Origin: Parvibaculaceae bacterium
Lineage (GTDB): Bacteria; Pseudomonadota; Alphaproteobacteria; RS24; CBDDDD01
Reading direction: 5' to 3'
Length of the DNA: 64,000 nt
NCBI GenBank assembly: GCA_965226465.1
Contig: OZ245362.1
Span: 961,931 to 1,025,930, forward strand
The notes beneath the pieces were generated by a model that worked only from the letters and a program-made list of their open reading frames with translations, ran no database searches and was not told the DNA's origin. Below, piece after piece: positions 1 through 8,499 of the stretch. The number at the start of each line of letters is the position of its first letter. The first letter of the stretch is position 1. Both the position numbers and the translations under genes were made by a program.

Positions 1-435
1 TATCGCCTTGATATAATCCAGCCCATAGACACCGGCGGGGAATAATTTGAGATGGCGCGCCCCCAACTCACACGCCGCAGATGCCTCTGAGGGCGTCAGA
101 AAACCAGGAAACATAGCAAGCTCCCTCTCCAAAGCCCGCTTAATCACAGCGGGATTAATATTCGGCGTGACAATAATCTCACCACCCAGATCCGCAATCT
201 GGTCAACCTGCTCGGCGTTCATCACCGTGCCCGCACCGATAACCGCCTCATCACCATAATGCTCCTTCAGCAACTTAATGCTCTCCAAAGGCGAAGGCGA
301 GTTCATCGTGACCTCCATAATCGTAATCCCCGCCTCCAGCAAAGCCTGCCCGACATCCACGGCTTCCTCAGGCTTAATCCCGCGCAATACGGAGATGATG
401 GGCATCTCGCTCAGACTTTTTGCAAATTTATCCAT
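1..435 (-). CDS. KDPG/KDPGal-type class I aldolase (2-dehydro-3-deoxy-phosphogalactonate/gluconate aldolase); C-terminus runs off the left edge
   Basis: Absent from the ORF track because it leaves the window. My translation from ATG at 435 (minus) gives MDKFAKSLSEMPIISVLRGIKPEEAVDVGQALLEAGITIMEVTMNSPSPLESIK...AVIGAGTVMNAEQV...IVTPNINPAVIK...FPGFLTPSEA. The ILRG / EVT.NSP / GAGTV / TPN pattern is typical of Eda/DgoA aldolases. It lies downstream of a sugar-acid dehydratase and an SDR. Confidence 0.7.
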   Translation of the reverse strand, partial: MDKFAKSLSEMPIISVLRGIKPEEAVDVGQALLEAGITIMEVTMNSPSPLESIKLLKEHYGDEAVIGAGTVMNAEQVDQIADLGGEIIVTPNINPAVIKRALERELAMFPGFLTPSEASAACELGARHLKLFPAGVYGLDYIKAI

Positions 436-444
436 GTTTTCCTC

Positions 445-1227
445 TCACGTTCTGCCCGCACAAATGGCGATGCTCTGCCCCGTAATAACCGTGCTCTCAT
501 CGCTGGCAAGAAACAAAGTGAGGCGGGCGACATCCACAGGATAAATCGTCTCCTTAATAGAGACCATTTTTTTCCATTCCTTTTCGGCTTCGGACGTATA
601 CCATAATTCTTTTTGCTTTTCGGTAATGATAGCCCCCGGCAAAAGCGCATTAACACGAATGCCAAACGGACCATATTCGCGCGCCAAAGCCTTACTCATG
701 CCCTCAATGCCCGCTTTGGCGGTGACATAATGCACCATATTGGGCGGCGCAATGATGGAATTGATAGACCCGAAATTAATAATAGTCCCCCGCCCCGCCT
801 TTTTCATAGCGGGGAAAGCCGTCTGCGCCGCAAAAAAAGCAGGGTGCAAATTAATATCAATGGATTTGTGCCACTCCTCCTCCTGCAGCTCGTCAATATC
901 GGTACGCTTATCATTGGCGACATTATTAATAAGGGCATGAATGGTGCCAAACTTCCCCATCGCCTCCTCAATAGATTGGCGAAGTGCGGCAGTATCCGTA
1001 ACATCCACTTTCGTAAAAGAAATAACCGCCCCCGTCTCCTTCTCCAAAGCCTCAGCAAGCGCTACCCCCTCCTTTTCCTGAATATCAACAAAAGCAATCC
1101 TCGCCCCCTGATGAGCAAAAGCCGCAACCAGCGACGCCCCAATACCGGTAGCCCCGCCCGTAATAAAAATATGCGCCCCCTTCAGGTCAGGATAGTTTGC
1201 GATGCTTTTCCAATTAATCTTATTCAT
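445..1227 (-). CDS. SDR-family oxidoreductase (sugar or sugar-acid dehydrogenase by context)
   Basis: 260-aa ORF with Rossmann motif TGGATGIGAS, NNVA, and catalytic Y-x3-K (YVTAKAG). It abuts the dehydratase gene upstream. Confidence 0.85.
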   Translation of the reverse strand: MNKINWKSIANYPDLKGAHIFITGGATGIGASLVAAFAHQGARIAFVDIQEKEGVALAEALEKETGAVISFTKVDVTDTAALRQSIEEAMGKFGTIHALINNVANDKRTDIDELQEEEWHKSIDINLHPAFFAAQTAFPAMKKAGRGTIINFGSINSIIAPPNMVHYVTAKAGIEGMSKALAREYGPFGIRVNALLPGAIITEKQKELWYTSEAEKEWKKMVSIKETIYPVDVARLTLFLASDESTVITGQSIAICAGRT

Positions 1228-2960
1228 TAATGCGACTCCCTTTCTACTTTTGCGCCGGACTTTCCGATGAGGAAATCTAAATCACATCCCTCATGTGCCT
1301 GCAATACATGTTCAATATATAGCTTAGCATAACCCCTATCATATTGGGGAGCGGTTTGGGGACCTTTCCATTTTTTGAGCCTATCCGCCATTTCTTTATC
1401 GGAAATACAGAGATTGAGGACTCTTTTCGGACCATCAAACTCAATCATATCGCCATTTTGCACAATAGCAAGCGGACCGCCACTTTCTGCCTCAGGCGAA
1501 ACATGCAAGATAACCGTCCCAAACGCCGTCCCCGACATGCGCCCATCCGAAATACGAATGAGATCGCGCACCCCCTTTTTCAACAGCTTTTGCGGAAGAG
1601 GCATATTCCCAACCTCCGGCATGCCCGGATATCCCTTCGGTCCCACCCCCTTCAGTACAAGGATAGAGTTTTCATCAATTTCCAAAGAAGGCTTATCAAT
1701 ATTGTTCTTAAACTCCTCAATATTTTCAAACACCACCGCCTTGCCCTTATGCTTGGTGAGCGCAGGAGATGCCGCCGAAGGCTTAATGACCGCCCCCTTT
1801 GGCGCCAGATTGCCACGCAAGACCCATATCCCGCTCTGCTCCTTCACAGGCTTTTTGCAAGAAGTGATGACCTCCTCATTATAACAGTTCGCCTTTTTGA
1901 TAATATCGCCAACGCTCTCACCCGACACCGACACCTCGCCCAGATGAAGCCTATCGGAAATATTCTTCATAATGACAGGCACCCCACCCGCATAATCAAA
2001 ATCCTCCATCAGATATTTCCCCGATGGCTGCAGGTTGGCAATCAACGGAACCCCTTCGGACAGCGTATCAAAATCATCCAAAGAAAGCGGCACCCCCGCC
2101 CGCCCCGCAATGGCAAGCAGATGAATAACCGCATTGGTAGAGCCGCCAATGGCTGCCAAAACCCGAATGGCATTTTCAAAAGCCTTGCGAGTTAAAAAAC
2201 GGGAAAGCCGCTTATCCTCCTTCACAAGCTGCACAATTCTGCGCCCCGTCAAATGCGAGAGTGCCTTACGCCTAGCGTCCACACCCGGTATAGAAGCATT
2301 GCCCGAAAGCGAAAGCCCCATAGCCTCCACAAGAGAAGCAATCGTAGAAGCCGTCCCCATCGTCATGCACGTTCCTGGACTCCTAGACATCCCCGCCTCC
2401 GCATCCACAAATTCCTGCATGGACATCTTCCCCGCACGAACCTCCTCACTAAACTTCCAAACATCCGTACCCGACCCAATATCCTTGCCACAATATTTAC
2501 CGTTCAACATCGGACCCGAAGAAATAACCATCACGGGAAGGTCAACGCTCGCCGCCCCCATAAGCTGAGCCGGAGTCGTCTTATCGCACCCACCAAGCAA
2601 CACCGCCCCATCAATAGGATTGCCACGAATAGATTCCTCCACATCCATAGCAACCAGATTGCGAAACAACATGGCGGTAGGGCGCATCTGCGTCTCCCCC
2701 AACGACATCACGGGAAACTCCAACGGAAGCCCCCCAGCCTCCCAAACCCCCTTTTTGACACACTCCGCCAAATCCCTAAGGTGCGAATTGCAAGGCGTCA
2801 GCTCCGACCAAGTATTACAAATCCCAATCACCGGACGCCCATCAAAAACATCATTAGGAAACCCCTGATTTTTCATCCAACTCCGATGAATAAACCCATC
2901 CCTATCAAGCTTCCCATAACTCTCCCCACTCCGCAGCCTATTACTTTTTTTCTTACTCAT
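1227..2960 (-). CDS. IlvD/Edd-family dehydratase (sugar-acid dehydratase type)
   Basis: 577-aa ORF carrying family motifs CDKTTPA, MTMGTASTIASL, GGSTNAVIHL and ISDGRMSG. Confidence 0.9.
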   Translation of the reverse strand: MSKKKSNRLRSGESYGKLDRDGFIHRSWMKNQGFPNDVFDGRPVIGICNTWSELTPCNSHLRDLAECVKKGVWEAGGLPLEFPVMSLGETQMRPTAMLFRNLVAMDVEESIRGNPIDGAVLLGGCDKTTPAQLMGAASVDLPVMVISSGPMLNGKYCGKDIGSGTDVWKFSEEVRAGKMSMQEFVDAEAGMSRSPGTCMTMGTASTIASLVEAMGLSLSGNASIPGVDARRKALSHLTGRRIVQLVKEDKRLSRFLTRKAFENAIRVLAAIGGSTNAVIHLLAIAGRAGVPLSLDDFDTLSEGVPLIANLQPSGKYLMEDFDYAGGVPVIMKNISDRLHLGEVSVSGESVGDIIKKANCYNEEVITSCKKPVKEQSGIWVLRGNLAPKGAVIKPSAASPALTKHKGKAVVFENIEEFKNNIDKPSLEIDENSILVLKGVGPKGYPGMPEVGNMPLPQKLLKKGVRDLIRISDGRMSGTAFGTVILHVSPEAESGGPLAIVQNGDMIEFDGPKRVLNLCISDKEMADRLKKWKGPQTAPQYDRGYAKLYIEHVLQAHEGCDLDFLIGKSGAKVERESH

Positions 2961-3045
2961 TTCAACCCTTTCCTTCTCCCCCCCCTGTTTATATCCCTAA
3001 CTCCCCCCCACCGCCATATATTTTTACCCCTTTCCCCAAAAAATC

Positions 3046-3338
3046 CCCCCATAAATAAAAATGCGCCCCCAAAGGGACACTCCTACCCCCCCCCTATTTT
3101 TGATTGCATAAGCAATCAAAAAGGGTGGCGGTAGAGGGTAGTGTTTTCCTCAAACCTCCCCCCAACCTCAGAACAAGTTCCCCCCTATTTTTTAATAGGC
3201 ATTACATGCCTATTAAAAAAGGGTGAAAAAAGCTCCCCAGCTTTGCTGGGGTCTAGCTTTTTGCGCGCAGGAACACAAAGCATTCCGAGCGAAGGGGGGT
3301 TAGGGGGGTGTGGGCGGGGCATGCGCCTTCGGCGCATG
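3046..3338. repeat. Composite block of short hairpin repeats, collinear with a second block at 49439-49680
   Basis: The units, in order, are:
- cccataaataaaaatgcgcccccaaagggacactcctacccc (3048-3090)
- cccccctattttt-gattgcataagcaatc-aaaaaggg (3089-3125)
- cccccctattttttaataggcattacatgcctattaaaaaaggg (3180-3223)
- ggggggttaggggggtgtgggcgggg (3294-3319)
- GC hairpin gcatgcgccttcggcgcatg (3319-3338)
Near-identical strings recur in the same order at 49439-49680. Confidence 0.85.
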
Positions 3339-3399
3339 TTATATGAACTGCAAATTGCTGGGGTTTTGTTTTTCAATAGAATCTTATATACCTCTTAAG

Positions 3400-5202
3400 A
3401 TGGGAAAATCTAAAAAAATCAAACCATGGTCAATTTCTACTACAATGAGAAATCCTGCACGCGCTAGGAGTTTTCTACGTGTTTTAGCACAAATGGAAGG
3501 AAGAGAATGGGATAACGAAGCAAAAATGGAATTCCAAACACGCCTTATCCAGAATCGCTTATTTGGATATGGGAGTGCGCAATTTTATGACTCACTATCA
3601 GAGTCTGATAAAGCATTATTAGAGAATACTAAAAAAAAGATACCGCTTGCTGAGGCAAAGAGAATTTTTGTGGAAAAAGGATATAAAGACCCCCCAATGA
3701 GGGGAAGAACTTCTTATAAACCACTTGAAAAATTTGGTTTTGCCAATCATGCCATTGGTAAGAAAATTGCTATTACCTCATCAGGAATAGCTTTGCTGGA
3801 AGAAATCACAGAAATGAGTGAGCTTTTTACAAAGTCATTTATAAAATGGCAATTGCCCAATCCACAAGACAAAAGAGGCTTCCCTGCCAAGCATGGCTAT
3901 AACATTAAACCTTTCATAGGAGTTTTGCATTTGATTAGAGAGGTAAACCGCCTTTGTAAAATAAATAAAACAAAAGCAAAAGGAATCTCGCTATGGGAGT
4001 TTAAAGTATTTGGCGTGACTTTAATTAACTACCAAAAAATAAAAGATACCGCTAAAGAAATTATAAAATTTCGGGAAATGGTGAAGAAAAATTCTTCAAG
4101 AGATGACCAAATATATAATAATGATACTATTGAGAAATTACGCCCTGATTTTGATATAGACAATTTGCATGACTATGCTGACAATGCCTTAAGATATTTT
4201 AGAACAACCAAGCTTATTCACTTGAGGGGAGGCAATCGGTATATTGACCTTGAGCCTTTGAGGCGCATTGAAATAGATACTCTGCTTGATAGTCAAACAG
4301 GAGAGGCGAATATTCCAGCATCAGATTATGTTCAAGAAATAGGGGATGTAACAAAACCCATTCTACCTTGGGAAACAACAAAATATATTCAAAAAGCTGC
4401 AGAAATAGTTAAGAAATCAATAAATGAGCAGGGAGGCACAGTTCAACATGCTCCAGATTTTGATAACATATCTTTACAAGAACAAAAAGAATATCTTAAG
4501 CGGTTAAGAAAAGAAGCTATTATAGAGAAAAGAAAACAAGAAAAAACGGAGATGCAATCCCCTGAAAAAATTCAAGAAATTATCAAACAATTAGAAATCT
4601 TAGCAGATCGAAAAAAGGCGAAAGAAATTCCCAATAAGCCTGTCTTGTTAGAATATCTAATTAATTTGGGAATGGTCGCTTTAAATGATGCGAAAAAAAT
4701 AGAGCCTAACTATCCCGTCGGAGATGATAATACTCCCTCCTTCACTGCTCCAGCGGGAAAGCCAGACATTGAGTGTTATTATGAAAACTTTTCTCTCATT
4801 TGTGAAGTGACTATGCTAAGAACAAGAGACCAATGGTATAATGAAGGACAGCCTGTTCTACGACATTTGGATGATTTTGAAAAAGACAGAAAAGAGGATT
4901 GCTTTTGTCTATTTATTGCCCCTTACATTCATCAGGATACCGCCAATACCTTTTTATTCTCTGTAAAGCATTCTTATGAGAATAAAAAAAGATTGATAGT
5001 TCCCCTAACAATAAAAGAGTTTTCTGAGATTTTATCTTTTTGTGCAAATAGGCTTGAAGAAGGAAACCCTTTAAGCAGAAATGAATTGAAAGACATATTC
5101 TTGTCTATCTCTGCTGAAGCAGAAGCTTTAGAAAGCGGCAAGGATTGGTGCAATGCTGTGCCTAAATTACTCTCTCAATGGTTTCAGGAAGCATCAAGAT
5201 GA
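3400..5202 (+). CDS. Type IIS-like restriction endonuclease, AlwI/PleI/MlyI/Nt.BstNBI family (assigned from memory)
   Basis: The ORF spans 3310-5202. I prefer the ATG at 3400 (MGKSKKIKPW...) because the first 90 nt overlap the repeated intergenic element. Blocks FIKWQLPNP, NALRYFRTTKLIHLRG and the C-terminal PDIECYYENFSLICEVTM...CLFIAPYI...IVPLTIKEF resemble my recollection of Nt.BstNBI. The stop overlaps the next start (ATGA). The gene is visibly AT-rich. Confidence 0.65.
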   Translation: MGKSKKIKPWSISTTMRNPARARSFLRVLAQMEGREWDNEAKMEFQTRLIQNRLFGYGSAQFYDSLSESDKALLENTKKKIPLAEAKRIFVEKGYKDPPMRGRTSYKPLEKFGFANHAIGKKIAITSSGIALLEEITEMSELFTKSFIKWQLPNPQDKRGFPAKHGYNIKPFIGVLHLIREVNRLCKINKTKAKGISLWEFKVFGVTLINYQKIKDTAKEIIKFREMVKKNSSRDDQIYNNDTIEKLRPDFDIDNLHDYADNALRYFRTTKLIHLRGGNRYIDLEPLRRIEIDTLLDSQTGEANIPASDYVQEIGDVTKPILPWETTKYIQKAAEIVKKSINEQGGTVQHAPDFDNISLQEQKEYLKRLRKEAIIEKRKQEKTEMQSPEKIQEIIKQLEILADRKKAKEIPNKPVLLEYLINLGMVALNDAKKIEPNYPVGDDNTPSFTAPAGKPDIECYYENFSLICEVTMLRTRDQWYNEGQPVLRHLDDFEKDRKEDCFCLFIAPYIHQDTANTFLFSVKHSYENKKRLIVPLTIKEFSEILSFCANRLEEGNPLSRNELKDIFLSISAEAEALESGKDWCNAVPKLLSQWFQEASR

Positions 5203-5975
5203 AGCTGAATCATATATATACGGGCGACTGCACAAAAATACTCAAGCAACATATAAACTCAAAATCTGTTGATATGATTTATGCCGACCCTCCATATAAT
5301 GCATCTCATAAGAAGGTAACCCTCCCCAATAATAAAACAGGAGGAGCTTTTTATAAGGTGAATGAAGGTTGGGATAAGTTCACAGATGAGGAATATTGGA
5401 AATTTTCTGACGCTTGGATAGATGAGGCATATAGAGTTCTTAAAAAAAACGGAAGCCTATATGTTTCATGTAGCATGCATAATATTGGTGAAGTTCTCGT
5501 CATTGCCAAACAAAAGGGATTCCTTTTAAAAAACATTATTACTTGGCATAAAGCAAATGCGATGCCCAACATATCAAAAAGAACCTTTCAGCACTCAACA
5601 GAATATGTTTGCTGGTTTGTTGCGGGCGGAAAATGGATTTTTAATTATATGAACCTTAAAAAAATAAATGATGAAAAAACAAAAGATGGAAAAAGCAGGC
5701 AAATGCAAGATTTGATAAAAATGCCTGTTTTGCAAGGAAAAGAAAGATTAAAGGGGAAAGATGGAAGGGCATATCATCCGACACAAAAGCCTGAAAAATT
5801 GCTTGAAATCCTTATTACAGCATCAACAAATAAAGGGGATATTGTCCTAGACCCTTTTTTGGGAGTGGGAACAACTGCCGCAGTTGCTCATAAAATGAAA
5901 AGAAGGTGGATTGGAATTGAAAAAGAGGCTAGCTATGTAAGGGCTACAAAACAACGATTAAGGAGAATCACGTGA
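5199..5975 (+). CDS. DNA methyltransferase M1 (beta-class N6-adenine/N4-cytosine, DPPY type)
   Basis: Motif IV MIYADPPYN lies at the N-terminus. HPTQKPEKLLEILI and motif I DPFLGVGTT lie at the C-terminus. The start at 5199 forms an ATGA overlap with the endonuclease stop. Confidence 0.9.
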   Translation: MKLNHIYTGDCTKILKQHINSKSVDMIYADPPYNASHKKVTLPNNKTGGAFYKVNEGWDKFTDEEYWKFSDAWIDEAYRVLKKNGSLYVSCSMHNIGEVLVIAKQKGFLLKNIITWHKANAMPNISKRTFQHSTEYVCWFVAGGKWIFNYMNLKKINDEKTKDGKSRQMQDLIKMPVLQGKERLKGKDGRAYHPTQKPEKLLEILITASTNKGDIVLDPFLGVGTTAAVAHKMKRRWIGIEKEASYVRATKQRLRRIT

Positions 5976-6706
5976 ATAATATTTTGCAATGTATTGATTG
6001 TTTGGAAGGAATGAAAAATCTGCCAGAAAATTCCGTAGACCTTATCTTTGCCGACCCTCCATATAATTTGTCGGGAAAAAGCCATATGACCGTTAAAAGC
6101 GGGAAGAGAGCAACATGCGATAAGGGCAAGTGGGATATTATAGGTGATATTGATAAATTTAACGAACAATGGATAAAAGCATGTGTTCGGGTTTTAAAAG
6201 AAGAAGGAACAATTTGGATTTCTGGAACGCTACATAACCACCCATCTGTTGGTAAAATACTGAAAAAACTAGACCTTTGGATTATCAATGACATTATTTG
6301 GTATAAGCATAATGCGCCCCCTCTTGCTAGCTGCAATCGCTTTGTGCCATCCACAGAACTTATCTGGTTAGCAAGCAAAACCAAGAAATATTATTTTGAT
6401 TATGATGAAGCAAAAAGAATCAATCAGGGAAAGCAGATGCGTAATCTTTGGACTATCAATGCAATGCGCCATAAAACGGCACACCCGACTGAAAAACCAG
6501 AAACCCTACTTGACCGTATTATCACTATAGGCTCACAAAAAGGGGATACAATCCTAGACCCCTTTACAGGTTCCGGCACAACAGGTGTTGTGGCAAAAAG
6601 GCTTCAAAGAAACTTTATTGGTTTTGAGATTTCACCAGAATATTTCAATATTGCTAAAAATCGCATAGAGGCAGAAACCCTTCAGCCACAGCGTGATGCC
6701 GTCTAA
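5972..6706 (+). CDS. DNA methyltransferase M2 (beta-class, DPPY type)
   Basis: Motifs LIFADPPYNL, HPTEKPETLLDRII and DPFTGSGTT are present. The GTG start at 5972 overlaps the M1 stop (GTGA) and is preceded by AGGAGA. Confidence 0.9.
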   Translation: MNNILQCIDCLEGMKNLPENSVDLIFADPPYNLSGKSHMTVKSGKRATCDKGKWDIIGDIDKFNEQWIKACVRVLKEEGTIWISGTLHNHPSVGKILKKLDLWIINDIIWYKHNAPPLASCNRFVPSTELIWLASKTKKYYFDYDEAKRINQGKQMRNLWTINAMRHKTAHPTEKPETLLDRIITIGSQKGDTILDPFTGSGTTGVVAKRLQRNFIGFEISPEYFNIAKNRIEAETLQPQRDAV

Positions 6707-6729
6707 AACACACCCCCAATCCTTTACTA

Positions 6730-7821
6730 TTACTTCCCAACCATCTCCAACCGCAAAACCGCGCGCAAATCATCAATCGGAACCAGCCGCTCGCCGCTGG
6801 CAATGTGCCAGAACTTCCAGCCATTGCACGCCTCGCGCCCCTGCAGCAAGGCGCCCATTTTATGGATGGAGCCGGTCTTATCCTGCGCCTTTAGCGAGCC
6901 ATCGGCGCGCACCTTTGCGCCATATTTCCGCGCCGGTCCAAATAATTGCGTGCCGGGCTTAACAATGCCCCTCTCCACCAAAGCCCCAAAAGCGATGCGA
7001 GGCTCGGCTCTAGGCGAGAGCGTCACCGCCAACGCCTCCTCCGATAAGGGCTTAATTCCAGCAAGGCGCGCTTTGGCATGCTGCACATATTCCGTATACG
7101 CCTCAATTCCGATAAAATTGCGCCCCAGCTTTTTAGCAACCGCACATGATGTCGCCGTTCCCGCAAAAGGGTCAAGCACCACATCACCTGGCTTGCTGGA
7201 AGCGAGCAGCACCCGATATAAAAGCGCCTCAGGTTTTTGGGTCGGGTGCAGCTTTTCGCCCTTTTCATTTTTCAGCCGCTCTCCGCCGACACAAAGCGGA
7301 AGCACCCAGTCAGAGCGCATTTGCACGCCTTCATTCAGCGCCTTCATGGCATGATATTGGAAGCATGGGCGCGCATTTTTATCGCGCCCCGCCCAGATAA
7401 GCGTCTCATGGGCATTGGTAAATCTCGTGCCCCGAAAATTCGGCATGGGATTAGTTTTGAGCCAAATAACATCATTCAAAATCCAAAACCCAAGATTTTG
7501 CATAATATTCCCTACACGGAATATATTATGATAACTCCCCATTGTCCAAATTGCGCCATTTTTTTTCAATATGCGCCGTGCCTGCACCAGCCATTTTTCC
7601 GTAAACTCATCATAATGAGCAAAACTTTCAAAGCTATCCCATTTTTCATGCACGCCCTCCACCCTGCTCTCATCGGGGCGTTTCAGCTTTCGGTCAATTT
7701 GCAGATTATAAGGCGGGTCGGCAAAAATAAGGTCAATGCTCTCATCGGGCATTTTTTCCATAGCGGCGATGCACTCGCTATGGATAATTTCATTTACTGG
7801 CAATGATTTTTTCATCGGCAC
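6730..7821 (-). CDS. ccrM: Cell-cycle-regulated GANTC adenine methyltransferase CcrM homologue
   Basis: 363 aa. It is near-collinear with my memory of Caulobacter CcrM: LIFADPPYNLQ, GAIWTMGSYHNIFRVG, FWILNDVIWLKTNPMPNFRGTRFTNAHETLIWA, HPTQKPEALLYRVLLASSKPGDVVLDPFAGTATS, plus the roughly 90-aa C-terminal extension ending ACNGWKFWH. Confidence 0.9.
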   Translation of the reverse strand: MPMKKSLPVNEIIHSECIAAMEKMPDESIDLIFADPPYNLQIDRKLKRPDESRVEGVHEKWDSFESFAHYDEFTEKWLVQARRILKKNGAIWTMGSYHNIFRVGNIMQNLGFWILNDVIWLKTNPMPNFRGTRFTNAHETLIWAGRDKNARPCFQYHAMKALNEGVQMRSDWVLPLCVGGERLKNEKGEKLHPTQKPEALLYRVLLASSKPGDVVLDPFAGTATSCAVAKKLGRNFIGIEAYTEYVQHAKARLAGIKPLSEEALAVTLSPRAEPRIAFGALVERGIVKPGTQLFGPARKYGAKVRADGSLKAQDKTGSIHKMGALLQGREACNGWKFWHIASGERLVPIDDLRAVLRLEMVGK

Positions 7822-7884
7822 ACCTTCCCAAAAAAGGCATGTTGGTTGCCAAGTCCGCCAATGTCAACGCCCCTATATATAGAG

Positions 7885-8499
7885 TCACATTTTCCCTTCC
7901 ACCGACAAGATATTGCGTATGGGTGCAAAACTGCGGCGATGATGTCTGGTAACGCCATATTTTTTGACCGCCTCCTGATGCTGCCGGGTAGGATATCCGC
8001 TATTGGTTTCCCACCCATATTGCGGATATTTTTCCGCAAGCTTTTTCATAAGCTTATCCCGATGAGTTTTAGCGATGATAGAAGCCGCCGCAATCGTCAA
8101 AGACAGCCCATCCCCCTTAATAATAGCGCGCGCAGGAATAGAAATATCGGGAATATGATTACCATCAATAAGAACATATTTCGGCACGCTCGGCAGCGCA
8201 AAAATAGCCCGCTTCATGGCAAGCAAGCTCGCCTGCAAAATATTCAGCTCCTCAATTTCAGAAGGCGACGCCTCCCCAATCCCCCATTCTGATATGGAGC
8301 GCAACTCCTCAGCAAGCGCCTCTCTTTTCTTCTCCCCCAGCTTTTTACTATCACGAATATCCAACTGCTCCGCATACGGAGGAAGCACACACGCCGCCGC
8401 AATCACAGGACCCGCCAGCGGACCCCGCCCCACCTCATCAATACCAGCAATATGCGAAAGCGGCAGGTCAAGGGCATATTCATGCGAGAAATCAGGCAT
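7885..8499 (-). CDS. rnhB: Ribonuclease HII
   Basis: 204 aa with GIDEVGRGPLAGPV and DSKKL motifs. It overlaps the gcvPB stop by 8 nt. Confidence 0.9.
   Translation of the reverse strand: MPDFSHEYALDLPLSHIAGIDEVGRGPLAGPVIAAACVLPPYAEQLDIRDSKKLGEKKREALAEELRSISEWGIGEASPSEIEELNILQASLLAMKRAIFALPSVPKYVLIDGNHIPDISIPARAIIKGDGLSLTIAAASIIAKTHRDKLMKKLAEKYPQYGWETNSGYPTRQHQEAVKKYGVTRHHRRSFAPIRNILSVEGKM

Noticed and set aside
3310-3399. N-terminal 30-aa extension of the endonuclease ORF (MGGACAFGACYMNCKLLGF...)
   Set aside because: It overlaps the repeated G-rich box and GC hairpin that also occur at 49634-49680 in a non-coding context. The ATG at 3400 gives a hydrophilic, family-like N-terminus.
7882-7886. 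GAGTC (GANTC) site in the 63-bp region upstream of ccrM, as an autoregulatory methylation site
   Set aside because: A single 5-bp site is expected by chance and it overlaps the rnhB stop codon. It is mentioned only as context in the R-M/ccrM finding.
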